Positions 18,354 to 28,516 of a DNA stretch of 64,000 nucleotides are shown piece after piece. This DNA comes from Treponema sp. (GTDB lineage Bacteria; Spirochaetota; Spirochaetia; Treponematales; Treponemataceae): positions 8,078 through 72,077 of the forward strand of contig JAFUYH010000006.1 in the NCBI GenBank assembly GCA_017470605.1, written 5' to 3'. The notes under the pieces are model-generated. The model had not been told where the DNA came from, searched no databases, and saw only the letters and a program-made list of their open reading frames with translations. Numbering within the stretch: the first letter of the stretch is position 1; each line of letters opens with the position of its first letter. The translations under genes were made by a program, and so were the position numbers.

Positions 18354-19799
18354 CTATTTCTTCCAGAAGGCCGGCATAAAGACAATGAGCATAGTGTAAA
18401 GTTCAAGACGGCCGGCAAGCATGGCAAAGCAGTAAAAATATTTTACGAAATTTGGCAAGAAACTGAAATTTTCTGCCGGGCCAAGAGCTCCAAAACCCGG
18501 TCCCACGTTACCCACCATAGAAAGGGCGCCTGTAAAGGCAGACCACAAATCAAGATTACCAAGACAGCCCACCCAGGTAGTAAGTGCAACTAAAAAGAAA
18601 TAAACCGTCATAAAAGCGGCAACGCTAAAAACAATGTCCTTGCGGCCAACGCGGTCGTTCAGGCGGACAGTAAAAACTCCGTGAGGATGCAACATTCTCT
18701 GAGTTTCATTCTGTACCTGCTTGTGAAGGATTACCCAGCGCACAACCTTAATGCCGCCGGAAGTAGAACCCGAACAGCCGCCAATAAAATATGTAAGCAG
18801 CAGCCAGAATTGGGCAGAAGAAGGCCACTTCATAAAATCGGCAGTAGAAAAACCGGTTGTAGTAAGCAGCGAAACAATCTGGAAAGAAGAATAGCGCAGA
18901 CATTTTGCAAAAGAGTGGTATACCGGGCGCAGAGAAATTGTAAGCCCCAGAATAAATACAATCACAATTCCAAAATAGGCCTTGAGTTCAGAGTTGGCGG
19001 CAACATCCTTGAATTTTCTGGCAATCAGATAATAATAAATGGAAAAGTTTATGCCGGAAAGGAACATAAAAACGGTACATATTACATCAATTGCAACTGA
19101 ATCATAAGAACCGATTGAAGCGTTTCTTGTAGAAAAGCCTCCGGTTCCAAGAGTTGCGAATGCGTGAGAAATTGCATCTACAAAATCCATGCCCGCAAGC
19201 CGTAACAGAACCGCCTCCAAAACAGTAAGGCCTATGTACATAAGCCAGAGAACCTTTGCCGTGGTAGTTATGCGGGCAGTTACCTTGCCCTTTTCAGGGC
19301 CTGTTGTTTCTGCCTTAATCAGCTGAAAGCCGCCCACGCCAAGCAGAGGCATAAGGGCAACAGTGAGGGTAACAATTCCCATACCGCCAATCCAGTGGGT
19401 AAGACAGCGCCATACATTTACAGAACGAGGAAGACTTTCTATATCAACAAGAACTGTTGCCCCTGTGGTAGAAAATCCGCTGAAACTTTCAAAAAGTGCA
19501 TCTGAATAACTGGCAAAAGAGCCGCTAAAATAAAGGGGAATTGTTCCCATAAGGCTGGCGGCAATCCAGGCAAGTGCGACAATCACAAAAGTCTGGCGGG
19601 TAGACATGCTGAATTTAATGCGGCGGGTTGGAATATTAACCGCAAGCACAAAGGCAATGCTTACCAGCATAGGAATGATGAAAGAAAGATAAACCGCACT
19701 TTCGCCGTAGGCAAATGCCACAGAAAGAGGAATTAAAAACAATGCCCCCACAATGGAAAGCAGAATAGATGTGATTTTCAAAAAATTTACAACAAACAT
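18354..19799 (-). CDS. trkH: Trk-type potassium uptake membrane subunit TrkH
   Basis: 481 aa, polytopic, with repeated pore-loop-like segments (FSGFSTTGATV, LGTGGFST, TTTGFSTAD, GGCSGSTSGGIK). Directly downstream of trkA. Confidence 0.85.
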   Translation of the reverse strand: MFVVNFLKITSILLSIVGALFLIPLSVAFAYGESAVYLSFIIPMLVSIAFVLAVNIPTRRIKFSMSTRQTFVIVALAWIAASLMGTIPLYFSGSFASYSDALFESFSGFSTTGATVLVDIESLPRSVNVWRCLTHWIGGMGIVTLTVALMPLLGVGGFQLIKAETTGPEKGKVTARITTTAKVLWLMYIGLTVLEAVLLRLAGMDFVDAISHAFATLGTGGFSTRNASIGSYDSVAIDVICTVFMFLSGINFSIYYYLIARKFKDVAANSELKAYFGIVIVFILGLTISLRPVYHSFAKCLRYSSFQIVSLLTTTGFSTADFMKWPSSAQFWLLLTYFIGGCSGSTSGGIKVVRWVILHKQVQNETQRMLHPHGVFTVRLNDRVGRKDIVFSVAAFMTVYFFLVALTTWVGCLGNLDLWSAFTGALSMVGNVGPGFGALGPAENFSFLPNFVKYFYCFAMLAGRLELYTMLIVFMPAFWKK

Positions 19800-19810
19800 C
19801 AGCTTTGTCC

Positions 19811-21253
19811 TTAATTGCTTCCAAAAAATGACAGAACCTTTTTACTGTCGTCTGCCTTTGTAATAAGAACGATATGGTCTCCGGCAGAAAAAACTGTATT
19901 ACCGTTTGCAATCTGATAGCCTTCGGCACCAACTTTCCGCGCCATAAGCACCAGATAAGAACCTGGATTTGCGATTTCTTTTAATGCTTTTCCGCAAGCC
20001 TTGGAAGAAGAAGATACTTCGCACTCGACAATTTCAAGGTGACCGTTTGTAACTGTGTGAATTTCTTTTACAGATTTACCGCGCAGATGGCTCATAATGG
20101 AATCTACAACGCTGTCCCGCAAAGGAACAGAAACATCTACGCCAAGTTTTTCTGCAATGGAAGCAAAAGCCGTACTGGAAACCAGAGCAATAGACTGCCC
20201 TACTCCCAGAGATTCAAGATAAGCTGCAAGAACCATGTTCATTTCATGATTGTGGGTTGTACAGATGGCAAGGTCAAAGTTTGTAATGCCCTCTTCCCGC
20301 AAAAAAGTTTCGTCCGTAGCATCGGCTCGCATTACGCGGGCATTAGGAAAGCGTTCAGCAGCAGCCTTAGAAAGTTCATCCTGACTGTCTATAATGACAA
20401 AGTCCATGCCGCGCCGCCCGCTTGCAAAGCCTCCGAAAAGTTTTGCAAGGCCGCTTACCTTCTGCTGGCCCATAAGCCGCTCAGCAACAATTGTTCCAAT
20501 GCGGCCCGCTCCAATCATGGCTACCTTATTCAGCTGTTTTGGCTCAGTTCCGCAAAGTCCAAATACATCCGCAATATCGTCTTTAGAAACAAGAACGCCA
20601 AGAGTTGTTTCTGCTTCAATTTTAGTTTCACCGCTAGGGAGCGAAGTCTCTCCATTCTTTTCTATGTAGGCAATAAGGAATTTAACTTGAGTCTTGCTTC
20701 TGATTTCTTTAAGCAGAATTCCGTCCAGAGCACTGCCTGCACTAACCGTTATGCGGGCAATTTCCAAATCTGAATTATCAAAAGTGATGACGTTTCCTAC
20801 CGCACCGTTTTCTACAGCCTGAACAATGGCTTCTGCGGCTTCTACGTCTGGATGAATCATGTAGTTAATTCCGTAAAGAGGACGGCGTTTTCCTGCAAAA
20901 TCATTATGATGTTTTTTTTCTGCAGAAGCGGTATTAACGTAGTAGGCGTAATTTCGTACTCTGGCAATTTTGAGTACATCAGGATAGACTGCGTCCACAA
21001 GGGAACAGGTAATCATATTAACTTCATCAGAAGAAGTAACGCACACAAGGGCATCTGCCTTTGCAATGCCTACTTCTTCCAGAGTTTCAAGGTTGTTGCC
21101 GTCTGCACACATAACAGTACAGTCCAGCTGGTTCTGTGCATGACGAATTGTGTTTTCATCATTATCTATAACCGCAACCTGATTTTTTTCATTTATCAAA
21201 AGCTTTGCAAGCTGAGTGCCGGTAAAACCGGCACCTACAATTACAATTCTCAT
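19811..21253 (-). CDS. trkA: Trk system NAD-binding subunit TrkA (two RCK modules)
   Basis: MRIVIVGAGFTG and a second VAMIGAGRIG Rossmann motif. Start taken at ATG 21253; the track start 21271 is TTG. Confidence 0.85.
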   Translation of the reverse strand: MRIVIVGAGFTGTQLAKLLINEKNQVAVIDNDENTIRHAQNQLDCTVMCADGNNLETLEEVGIAKADALVCVTSSDEVNMITCSLVDAVYPDVLKIARVRNYAYYVNTASAEKKHHNDFAGKRRPLYGINYMIHPDVEAAEAIVQAVENGAVGNVITFDNSDLEIARITVSAGSALDGILLKEIRSKTQVKFLIAYIEKNGETSLPSGETKIEAETTLGVLVSKDDIADVFGLCGTEPKQLNKVAMIGAGRIGTIVAERLMGQQKVSGLAKLFGGFASGRRGMDFVIIDSQDELSKAAAERFPNARVMRADATDETFLREEGITNFDLAICTTHNHEMNMVLAAYLESLGVGQSIALVSSTAFASIAEKLGVDVSVPLRDSVVDSIMSHLRGKSVKEIHTVTNGHLEIVECEVSSSSKACGKALKEIANPGSYLVLMARKVGAEGYQIANGNTVFSAGDHIVLITKADDSKKVLSFFGSN

Positions 21254-21271
21254 GCTGTTATTATACAGCAA

Positions 21272-21910
21272 TTAAATATTCTTGTCAGTTTCCTGTGAAG
21301 ATACTCCAGAAAGCTTTGATTTGCGGTTTCCTGCAATATATAATCCGGCATAAACTGCAGCACAGATAACTGTTGCGGCAATTGCTTCAAAAATTGCGTT
21401 TCCTAGCACAAGACCAATAAAGCCAAAATAACTGAGTCCGCCAACAGCGGCACGAACATCTGCTCCCTTAAAAATGTAGATACAGCCGATTACAAGCATT
21501 GTGTGGGCAATAGTTGTAATGAAGCCTGTGACACCGGCAGAAACTGCTTTTGGAAGATGAGGAATAAGGTTCAGAAGTTTCCAGAGGCCCCATGCAACAA
21601 ATGCAATAAGCATACGTGGAAGTACAGAACAAAGGGGATTTACAAACATAGGGTCAAGAACGCTGCTAGGGCTCATTGCGGCCTGAATAAGACTGAGAAT
21701 ACCGAATGCGGCACCAACAAACAGACCTTCCGGGAGACCAGAAATCATACAGATTAAAATTACCGGCACGTGAAGGATTGTGATGGAAGCGGCCGCTCCA
21801 ATAGTAATAAAACCAAGTTTTGTAATTCCAAGTACAATAACCAGTGCGCTGAATGCACCTGTAAGAGCAAGTTTTCTAGTTAAATTAAGGTTCTTTTTTG
21901 TTTCGTTCAT
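21272..21910 (-). CDS. ECF transporter S component (substrate possibly pantothenate, by context)
   Basis: 212 aa with about six TM helices and an ECF-S-like N-terminus (LTRKLALTGAFSALVIVLG...ITILHVPVILICMISGLPEG). Adjacent to coaX. Confidence 0.55.
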   Translation of the reverse strand: MNETKKNLNLTRKLALTGAFSALVIVLGITKLGFITIGAAASITILHVPVILICMISGLPEGLFVGAAFGILSLIQAAMSPSSVLDPMFVNPLCSVLPRMLIAFVAWGLWKLLNLIPHLPKAVSAGVTGFITTIAHTMLVIGCIYIFKGADVRAAVGGLSYFGFIGLVLGNAIFEAIAATVICAAVYAGLYIAGNRKSKLSGVSSQETDKNI

Positions 21911-21952
21911 TTTTTTATCCTTTTATCCTTTAGTAATATTTTTGAGATGTCC

Positions 21953-22723
21953 TTATGAATTAATTTCTATGGCACGTTTTACGCCGCTAAGGACAAGGGA
22001 AGGAACAATTTCATCAAAAAGATTGCAGTCTGCAAAATTCTTTGAAAATCCTCCTGTACCAATGACAAACGTTTCCTCTCCATGAAAAACATTCTTCTTA
22101 AACAGACGGCAGACTTCTTTTACAGCCCCCTCTGTTCCGTAATACAGGCCAGCCTGAATTGCTTCTGTAGTAGAAGTGCCGTAAACGTGTTCCGGCCTTG
22201 CAATTTCTACCGAAGTAAGGTTTGCAGTTCCGCTGGCAAGTGCATCAACAGAAATCTTGAGCCCGGGCATTATCACACCGCCCAGAAATTCCCTGTCTTT
22301 AGAAACAAGTTCCGCAGTTGTTGCAGTTCCCATATCAATAATGACGAGATTTTTTTCCGGGAAGCGTTCTACAGCCCCCATTGCAGCCGCAATTAAATCT
22401 GCACCAATTTCTTTAGGATTTGAATAGCGGAGTTTTAATCCGGTTTTGATTCCTGCCTGAATAAAAAGCGGTTCACAATTCAGATATTTTGAACACGCGC
22501 TTGAAAGCGAATAGTTCACAGGCGGCACAACGCTGCAGCAGCCCACACGATTAATTTCGCGGTAGTCAAAACCGTTTTCGCGCAGAACTGAACGCATGAA
22601 TATGCCGATTTCATCTGAACTTGTTGTGATGCTTGTTGTCCGACGGAAGTTAAAAACAAGATTGTCGCCGTCAAATAAACCGAATTCTGTAGAAGAATTT
22701 CCCACGTCTATCGTGAGAATCAT
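21953..22723 (-). CDS. coaX: type III pantothenate kinase
   Basis: MILTIDVGNSSTEFGLF, IIDMGTATT, FVIGTGGFS. Confidence 0.85.
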   Translation of the reverse strand: MILTIDVGNSSTEFGLFDGDNLVFNFRRTTSITTSSDEIGIFMRSVLRENGFDYREINRVGCCSVVPPVNYSLSSACSKYLNCEPLFIQAGIKTGLKLRYSNPKEIGADLIAAAMGAVERFPEKNLVIIDMGTATTAELVSKDREFLGGVIMPGLKISVDALASGTANLTSVEIARPEHVYGTSTTEAIQAGLYYGTEGAVKEVCRLFKKNVFHGEETFVIGTGGFSKNFADCNLFDEIVPSLVLSGVKRAIEINS

Positions 22724-22783
22724 TTGAGTTTAATCAGATTCATAGTACCTGTCCTCCTGGATCAAGTCTTAATTTTGAATTTT

Positions 22784-22822
22784 CAGGGCAGACTATATTA
22801 ATGCGAATGCCCTGCATTTTTT
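22784..22822 (+). terminator. plus-strand-oriented stem-loop with T run in a minus-strand gene gap
   Basis: CAGGGCA-17 nt-TGCCCTG followed by CATTTTTTG. Confidence 0.3.
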
Positions 22823-22934
22823 GCATAGCCCTGTATGGAATCAACTTCACATGGATAGCAGTTCCAGGCCACACGCGCAACATAATAGACATTTTTTCAA
22901 AAAGTGTCAAACATAGTCAGAAATTATCTATAAA

Positions 22935-24890
22935 TTATCTTTGAATTAAAACCGTTCGGACAATTTCATTAAGGGAAAGGGGCATAAATGGCTTTGTGAT
23001 ATAATCAACTGCGCCTGCGTCCATTGCTTTTGAAATTGTCTCAAAAGATTTATCGGCCGTCATAAAAATAACAGGAATTGTGTATTTCTGATTAATCATC
23101 TTTATGGCTTCAAGTCCGTCTATTTTTGGCATCAGGAAATCAAGAAGTATCAGATCTATGTTGTGTTCGTTCAGTATTTTTTCAGCTTCTTCATAATTCT
23201 GGGCGCCAAAAATAGTATATGAATTTTCGCCCTGCAAAAGTCTTGAAACCATTTTGATATTTATTTCTTCGTCATCAAGAACAAGAATGTTATATTGAGA
23301 AACATCTGGCTGCCTCATATTATAATCAACATCTTCATCAATCATTTGCAGCATTATATCTGTAACGGTTGGGTCAAATTGGGTGCCGCGGCCTTCAACA
23401 ATCTGCTCCCGCACCACTTCCTGAGGTAAAACTTTTCTGTAACTGCGGTTACTTGCCATTGCATCGTAAGAATCGGCAACACAAATAATTCGGGCAATTT
23501 CCGGAATATTTTTTCCGCTCAAGCCGTTAGGATAACCATTTCCATCATAACGTTCGTGGTGGTATTTTGCGGCATAAGCAACCTGCTTGTCTTTGTAAAT
23601 GTCCTTCAAAATCTGGTAGCCGCTCACAGTATGAATTGTAATCAGTTCAAATTCACTTTCGGTGAGTTTATCGGCCTTGTTAATAAGTTCATCCGGCACA
23701 CGAATTTTTCCCAGGTCGTGTAGAAGTCCCGCAGTGTAAATCACTTCCTGTTCTTCCCGGCTTTTTCCCAGACGGCGGGCAATTTCCATGGCATATTTTG
23801 CAACACGGTAGGAATGACCACTTGTGTAACGGTCCTTTGCATCTACCGTGTGCGAAAGAGCCATAATCATATCTTTATTTAACTGATGGAGGTTCTGGCG
23901 AACTTCGTTTTCTTTACGGGCATGTTTTATCATGCTGCGGTAAGTTATATAACAAAGGCCTACAATAATAATAAAAATTGTTGTAGCAGTAAAAAGCAGG
24001 CTGAAAAAGCGTAAGCGGACACTGTGAAAAAGTTTTGAATCTTCCAGAACAACAACTACATTCCAGCGGTCGCGGACTGAGTGGGTAAAAATAGAAAAGG
24101 CTCTGTTATCTACTGCTGCAGAAAAATTGCCCTTTGCAAGTTTAAGGCAGCGTGAAGCAATCTGTGATGTGGATAAATCTGAAAGATAATTCTTGCCGTT
24201 TTCATTATCATCATAATGCGCTACAACAAGACCTGTGCTGTCAATTATATAGCTGTAACCAATGCCGTCTCCAATATGAATGTTTTTTATGATATTTTGA
24301 ATTTCTGTAAGGGCTAAATCCATGGAAACAACGCTTACATCATCCGGCAAAAGCTGACTTATGGAAATCATCAGATTACCGGTCTGCATGTCAATGTAAG
24401 GAGAAACCAGAACAGGAGCACCAGCCCCCTTTACGGCTGCAGTGTACCAGTCGCGCTCAAGAGGATTGTAACCTTCCGGGGGAACCCAGCCGGAACCGTC
24501 CATGTATTTACCGCCGATATAACCATAAATGCCGGTATAATTATTATCAACCTGATTAATCCAAAGCTCTGTTTCCTGGGCAAGATAATTCAGGATTTCT
24601 TCTTCTGTGCGTTCAGACTGCATCATGTACCAGAGAGAATCTGCAATTACCCATATAGAATCAAGGCTTTTCTGCAGATAGTTTTCAATTCGGGAACTTT
24701 CATAGGCAAGATTTGTTTCGCCAATCTGTTTTATGCTTTTCTTGGAAAGATTATAAGATGAAATAAAGGAATAAAGAACCAGACTTTCCATTAAAAGGAA
24801 AATTATAATGATTGAAGACCAGAAACGGCGCCTGTAAACTACTTCTTTTTTTAAAAAATAACTTTCCTCAGATTTCATTTTACTTTTCAT
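22935..24890 (-). CDS. Cache-like sensor HD-GYP phosphodiesterase with C-terminal receiver domain
   Basis: HDLGK and HHERYDGNGYP. C-terminal REC: NILVLDDEE...DLILLDFLMPKIDG...KPF. One N-terminal TM helix, an extracytoplasmic region, then a second TM helix. Start at ATG 24890 (AAGGAG 9 nt upstream); overlaps the kinase stop by 11 nt. Confidence 0.8.
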   Translation of the reverse strand: MKSKMKSEESYFLKKEVVYRRRFWSSIIIIFLLMESLVLYSFISSYNLSKKSIKQIGETNLAYESSRIENYLQKSLDSIWVIADSLWYMMQSERTEEEILNYLAQETELWINQVDNNYTGIYGYIGGKYMDGSGWVPPEGYNPLERDWYTAAVKGAGAPVLVSPYIDMQTGNLMISISQLLPDDVSVVSMDLALTEIQNIIKNIHIGDGIGYSYIIDSTGLVVAHYDDNENGKNYLSDLSTSQIASRCLKLAKGNFSAAVDNRAFSIFTHSVRDRWNVVVVLEDSKLFHSVRLRFFSLLFTATTIFIIIVGLCYITYRSMIKHARKENEVRQNLHQLNKDMIMALSHTVDAKDRYTSGHSYRVAKYAMEIARRLGKSREEQEVIYTAGLLHDLGKIRVPDELINKADKLTESEFELITIHTVSGYQILKDIYKDKQVAYAAKYHHERYDGNGYPNGLSGKNIPEIARIICVADSYDAMASNRSYRKVLPQEVVREQIVEGRGTQFDPTVTDIMLQMIDEDVDYNMRQPDVSQYNILVLDDEEINIKMVSRLLQGENSYTIFGAQNYEEAEKILNEHNIDLILLDFLMPKIDGLEAIKMINQKYTIPVIFMTADKSFETISKAMDAGAVDYITKPFMPLSLNEIVRTVLIQR

Positions 24891-27549
24891 TTTTAAGAGC
24901 TCCTTCAATGTTGTTTAAAAGTTCTTTGTATTCTTTCATTGCAATTTCATGATTAGTCAAAATATATTCTATGTCGCCCTCTCTTGCGGCAGTTTCCAGA
25001 AGTTTTGCCTTTTCAGAAACTACACTTGCGCCAATTGTTGCAGAAGTGCTTTTTAAGGCATGAACAAGGATTCTGTAGTCATCCCATTTTTCTTCTTTCT
25101 TAAACTGTTCAAGACGGGAAATTTTGTCATCAGCAAGATAGGATTTTAAAATATCTTTATAAAAGTCTTTTTCGTTGTTAAAGTTCTCTAAACCTTTTTT
25201 TAAATCAAGGAAGGAAAATTTTTCTTCAAAAGTTTCAGGCCGGGAAAGCGGCTGTTCGGAAGAAAGAGGAAGGGAAACCGAATGGACTGGACTGACACCA
25301 AATTTGTCCACATTTGTGTCTTGTGAAAGCAAATCTAAAATCATTTTTTCCAGTTTTTCCGGGTTCATCGGCTTGGAAATATAATCTGTAAAACCTATTC
25401 CCAAATACTGCTGTTCCGCTCCGCTAATTGCATTTGCGGTAAGAATCACTACAGGAACAGAAGAATTAAGATTGTCTGCATCAGTTTTTATAGAATTAAA
25501 AGTCTGAATTCCATCCATACCCGGCATCATGTGATCCATGAATATAATGTCATATTTTTGCTTTTTTGTCTTTTCAAGACATTCCTGACCGCTTAAGGCA
25601 GAATCTATCTGAATCTGTGTCTTTTTCAGGATGCCTTTGAATACAGCAATATTCATTTCCACATCATCTACAACAAGAATTTTTGCCTCTGGAGCTGTAA
25701 AGAGTTCCTTATAATGGCGGGAAGAATTTTCTATAAGAGGAGCATAAAGTCCCATTTCTACATTTTCTGAACCTTCTGAAATTGTCTGCGGTATACTTAT
25801 GGTAAAAACAGAACCTTTTCCGTATTCACTTTCTACGTTAATTTTGCCATGCATCAGGGTACAAAGTTCTTTTGAAATTGAAAGACCAAGTCCGGCCCCT
25901 TCTATATAACGGTTTTTAATTGCATCAACGCGGCGGAAAGAATCAAAAATATACTGAATATCTTCTTCCTTAATTCCAGCACCGGTATCTGCAACAGAAA
26001 CTTTCAGATAAATTTTATTATATCCAAGTTTTTCATAATCAAAATCAACCGTAACAGAACCTTTTGAAGTGTATTTTATTGCGTTATTTACCAGGTTCAC
26101 AATTATCTGTTTAATTCGTATTTCATCACCTTTTAAAAGCGAAGGAATTTCGGGATTGTTTTTAAAATTCAACCAGAGATTTTTTTCTTCAGCACGTGGA
26201 TAAACAATTGTGTAAATATCATTAATTACCGAAGAAAGATTGTATTCAGCCGTTACAATTTCTAATTTGTGAGATTCAATTTTTGAAAAATCAAGAATAT
26301 CGTTTATAAGTGTGAGCAGAAGATTACCCGCGTGCTTTATATTTTCTGAATAATCTGTAATTTCCTGAGAAGTAGATTCGCGCAGAATCATTTCATTCAT
26401 CCCAAGAATTCCATTGATAGGAGTTCTGATTTCGTGAGACATGGAAGCAAGAAAGTTTCCTTTTGCCTGATTAGCCTTACGCAACTGTTCCATTGTTTTT
26501 TCTTCATTTGAAATATCATAGGCAACCGTTACATAACAATATTCGCCACCAAACTTATCATGACAGGCCGTTGTTTCTACATAATAAATCTTGGAATCGC
26601 TTTTAGAACGAAGCTTCATTTTACTCTGTTCGTTAGAAATAGAAGAATTAAAAAGTGAATGAGCCGCTTCCGGTTCAATTTCGAACAAATCATAAAGATG
26701 CAGACCCGAAAGTTTTTCTCCGGCAGGTTCAAAAACCTTGTTGAATTCGTCGCGGGCATTGTTATTTGCCATCGAAATTGTTTCATCGGTTTCAAAAATA
26801 ATAACCGGCACCTTAAGGCTATCAAAAATCTTATGAGAAAGAGCAGCAAAATTCAGGGAAACTATATTCTGAGTTAATGAATAATAATAAATGATGATTG
26901 AACACAAGGCCGCTCCAAATCCGGAAGTTGGGAAGCCCTGCACATTAAAGTGCAAAAAGATAGTGTCTGGTATACAGAAAGCCACCATAATAAGGTTTGC
27001 GATGATGGCTTTTTTAATAAAATCGTGTCTTCGGCCGTTTTTTAGAGTCTGAATAAAAAGGAAGACTGCCATAATCAGCATAAGACCAAAAGTTGTGAGT
27101 ACAAAAAGAGTGTGATAATCACGCTGCCAGCAGTCTATCATGAACCAGGATGTCCAGTTATTTTCGCGGAAGAAAACATCTACTGCCGGCTGAGTAAAAA
27201 TAAATAAATCTGAAAAACCTAAAAAGGAAACTATTGCACAAATAGCGTATTTATAAACTTTAATTATCTTGTTATTTTCGGAAAGCAGACTGGCAAAAAA
27301 GCAACAGTCCATAATTATAAAAAAGTTGACGAAGAAAATGCCCGGGTATCGCATTTTTTCAACGAGTTTTAAATCTGGAGTGAGTCCGATTATTCCATAA
27401 ATGAGTGTCCAAAAACCGGCAGAAATACACAAGAGAAAAATTCCTACGGCGAGTTTTTTGTTCTCTTTAATTCTGCGTAAAGAAGAAATTCCGATTACAA
27501 AACAAAAGGTTGATAGAGAAATAAGCAGGACATCAAATAAATACCACAT
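24880..27549 (-). CDS. hybrid sensor histidine kinase (multi-TM, PAS-like, HisKA, HATPase, REC, HPt)
   Basis: H box SHEIRTPINGILG, G boxes DTGAGI and GAGLGLSIS, REC ILVVDDVEMN...DIIFMDHMMPGMDG, HPt HALKSTSATIGA. Start trimmed to ATG 27549 (MWYLFDV...) because the longer ORF overlaps the upstream gene. Confidence 0.85.
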   Translation of the reverse strand: MWYLFDVLLISLSTFCFVIGISSLRRIKENKKLAVGIFLLCISAGFWTLIYGIIGLTPDLKLVEKMRYPGIFFVNFFIIMDCCFFASLLSENNKIIKVYKYAICAIVSFLGFSDLFIFTQPAVDVFFRENNWTSWFMIDCWQRDYHTLFVLTTFGLMLIMAVFLFIQTLKNGRRHDFIKKAIIANLIMVAFCIPDTIFLHFNVQGFPTSGFGAALCSIIIYYYSLTQNIVSLNFAALSHKIFDSLKVPVIIFETDETISMANNNARDEFNKVFEPAGEKLSGLHLYDLFEIEPEAAHSLFNSSISNEQSKMKLRSKSDSKIYYVETTACHDKFGGEYCYVTVAYDISNEEKTMEQLRKANQAKGNFLASMSHEIRTPINGILGMNEMILRESTSQEITDYSENIKHAGNLLLTLINDILDFSKIESHKLEIVTAEYNLSSVINDIYTIVYPRAEEKNLWLNFKNNPEIPSLLKGDEIRIKQIIVNLVNNAIKYTSKGSVTVDFDYEKLGYNKIYLKVSVADTGAGIKEEDIQYIFDSFRRVDAIKNRYIEGAGLGLSISKELCTLMHGKINVESEYGKGSVFTISIPQTISEGSENVEMGLYAPLIENSSRHYKELFTAPEAKILVVDDVEMNIAVFKGILKKTQIQIDSALSGQECLEKTKKQKYDIIFMDHMMPGMDGIQTFNSIKTDADNLNSSVPVVILTANAISGAEQQYLGIGFTDYISKPMNPEKLEKMILDLLSQDTNVDKFGVSPVHSVSLPLSSEQPLSRPETFEEKFSFLDLKKGLENFNNEKDFYKDILKSYLADDKISRLEQFKKEEKWDDYRILVHALKSTSATIGASVVSEKAKLLETAAREGDIEYILTNHEIAMKEYKELLNNIEGALKNEK

Positions 27550-27598
27550 ACTTATATTATCGAAAAATTTTGTGCTGGCTTTAGGTGGGCCATGGCGA

Positions 27599-28387
27599 CT
27601 AACTAACCCCCAGGCCAAAAAGCGAAAAATCTGCACGGCACGGGTCCCCGGGAAAGACCTGCGCGAGTTCTTCTGTAAGAAGAAGAGCTGTGCGATGAGA
27701 GGCCGGGGCATTTGAAGGAAGGAGGTCAAGCCGGGCAGCTTCCTGCATTACGTGAACATCCAGAGGAATCAGAAGGTTTGCAGGGCTGTACCAGGTCCAT
27801 AATCCCAAATCTACCGGCGAATTCCGGCGAACCATCCAGCGCAAAAACATGTGAATGCGTTTGTTTGCACTGCTACTGCCCTTTGGAACTATTTTAGACT
27901 TTGGAAAAGACTGGGAAATGATGTCGGCAAGGTGAAGCCTTTCATCAGCCTTCCACTTTTTGTGAAAATATTCCCCAAAGGAAGTCGTCCCCATGTTCAG
28001 GCCACACTTCCGGGCATCGCCCTGCCCACTTAAAATATCAGCCATTTCCCCAAAAAATGACTGCATATCATCATAAGAATAAAAACGGTAAAACTTTTCT
28101 GAACCATGGGGAAAGTCTTTTTCAAAAGCCCTGCTGCATAACCAGCGGGAAAAAGAACCGCAGGAAGAATCTGCCTTTTCCAGAACAGAACGGATTTTAG
28201 GAATAAACTGTTTGCGGCTGCCAAAAGCCAGCATAGCGGCCAGAAAAGAGGCCGCTTCCACATCCCCGCGCACAAATTCCGGCTCAGAATACCAGCGTAA
28301 AAACTGCGAAGGATCTTGGTCACAAAAAGAAGCGACTTCATATTTATCTGCAAGTTCCTGCAGCGTCTTTTTTAATTCTTCCGTCAT
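27599..28387 (-). CDS. TIGR02757/DUF2400 family protein
   Basis: FLRWMVRRNSPVDLGLWTWYSPANLLIPLDVHV is the pattern I associate with DUF2400. Start trimmed to ATG 28387 (MTEELKK...) because the longer ORF would overlap the divergent cyclase gene. Confidence 0.6.
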   Translation of the reverse strand: MTEELKKTLQELADKYEVASFCDQDPSQFLRWYSEPEFVRGDVEAASFLAAMLAFGSRKQFIPKIRSVLEKADSSCGSFSRWLCSRAFEKDFPHGSEKFYRFYSYDDMQSFFGEMADILSGQGDARKCGLNMGTTSFGEYFHKKWKADERLHLADIISQSFPKSKIVPKGSSSANKRIHMFLRWMVRRNSPVDLGLWTWYSPANLLIPLDVHVMQEAARLDLLPSNAPASHRTALLLTEELAQVFPGDPCRADFSLFGLGVS

Positions 28388-28516
28388 CGCTTTATTATAA
28401 AGAGGCACCAGGAATTTGTAAATTATGAAAGAAGAAGAGGACAGGGGGGCTGATAAGCTCATTCCTCCTGCAAAAAAAATTCGCAAATTCTGCACTTCTC
28501 TTCTATAATATAATGT

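Noticed and set aside
18243-18593. 116-aa plus-strand ORF
   Set aside because: It starts inside the second hairpin of the stem-loop cluster and then runs antisense into trkH, so it is not credible as a gene.
20039-20773. 244-aa plus-strand ORF
   Set aside because: Antisense to trkA. No motifs and unprotein-like composition.
27550-27729. N-terminal 60-aa extension of the hybrid kinase ORF, and the similar 78-aa extension of the DUF2400 ORF at 28388-28621
   Set aside because: The extensions overlap neighbouring genes and encode Arg/Pro-rich non-membrane sequence. Internal ATG codons give sensible N-termini (MWYLFDV... and MTEELKK...).
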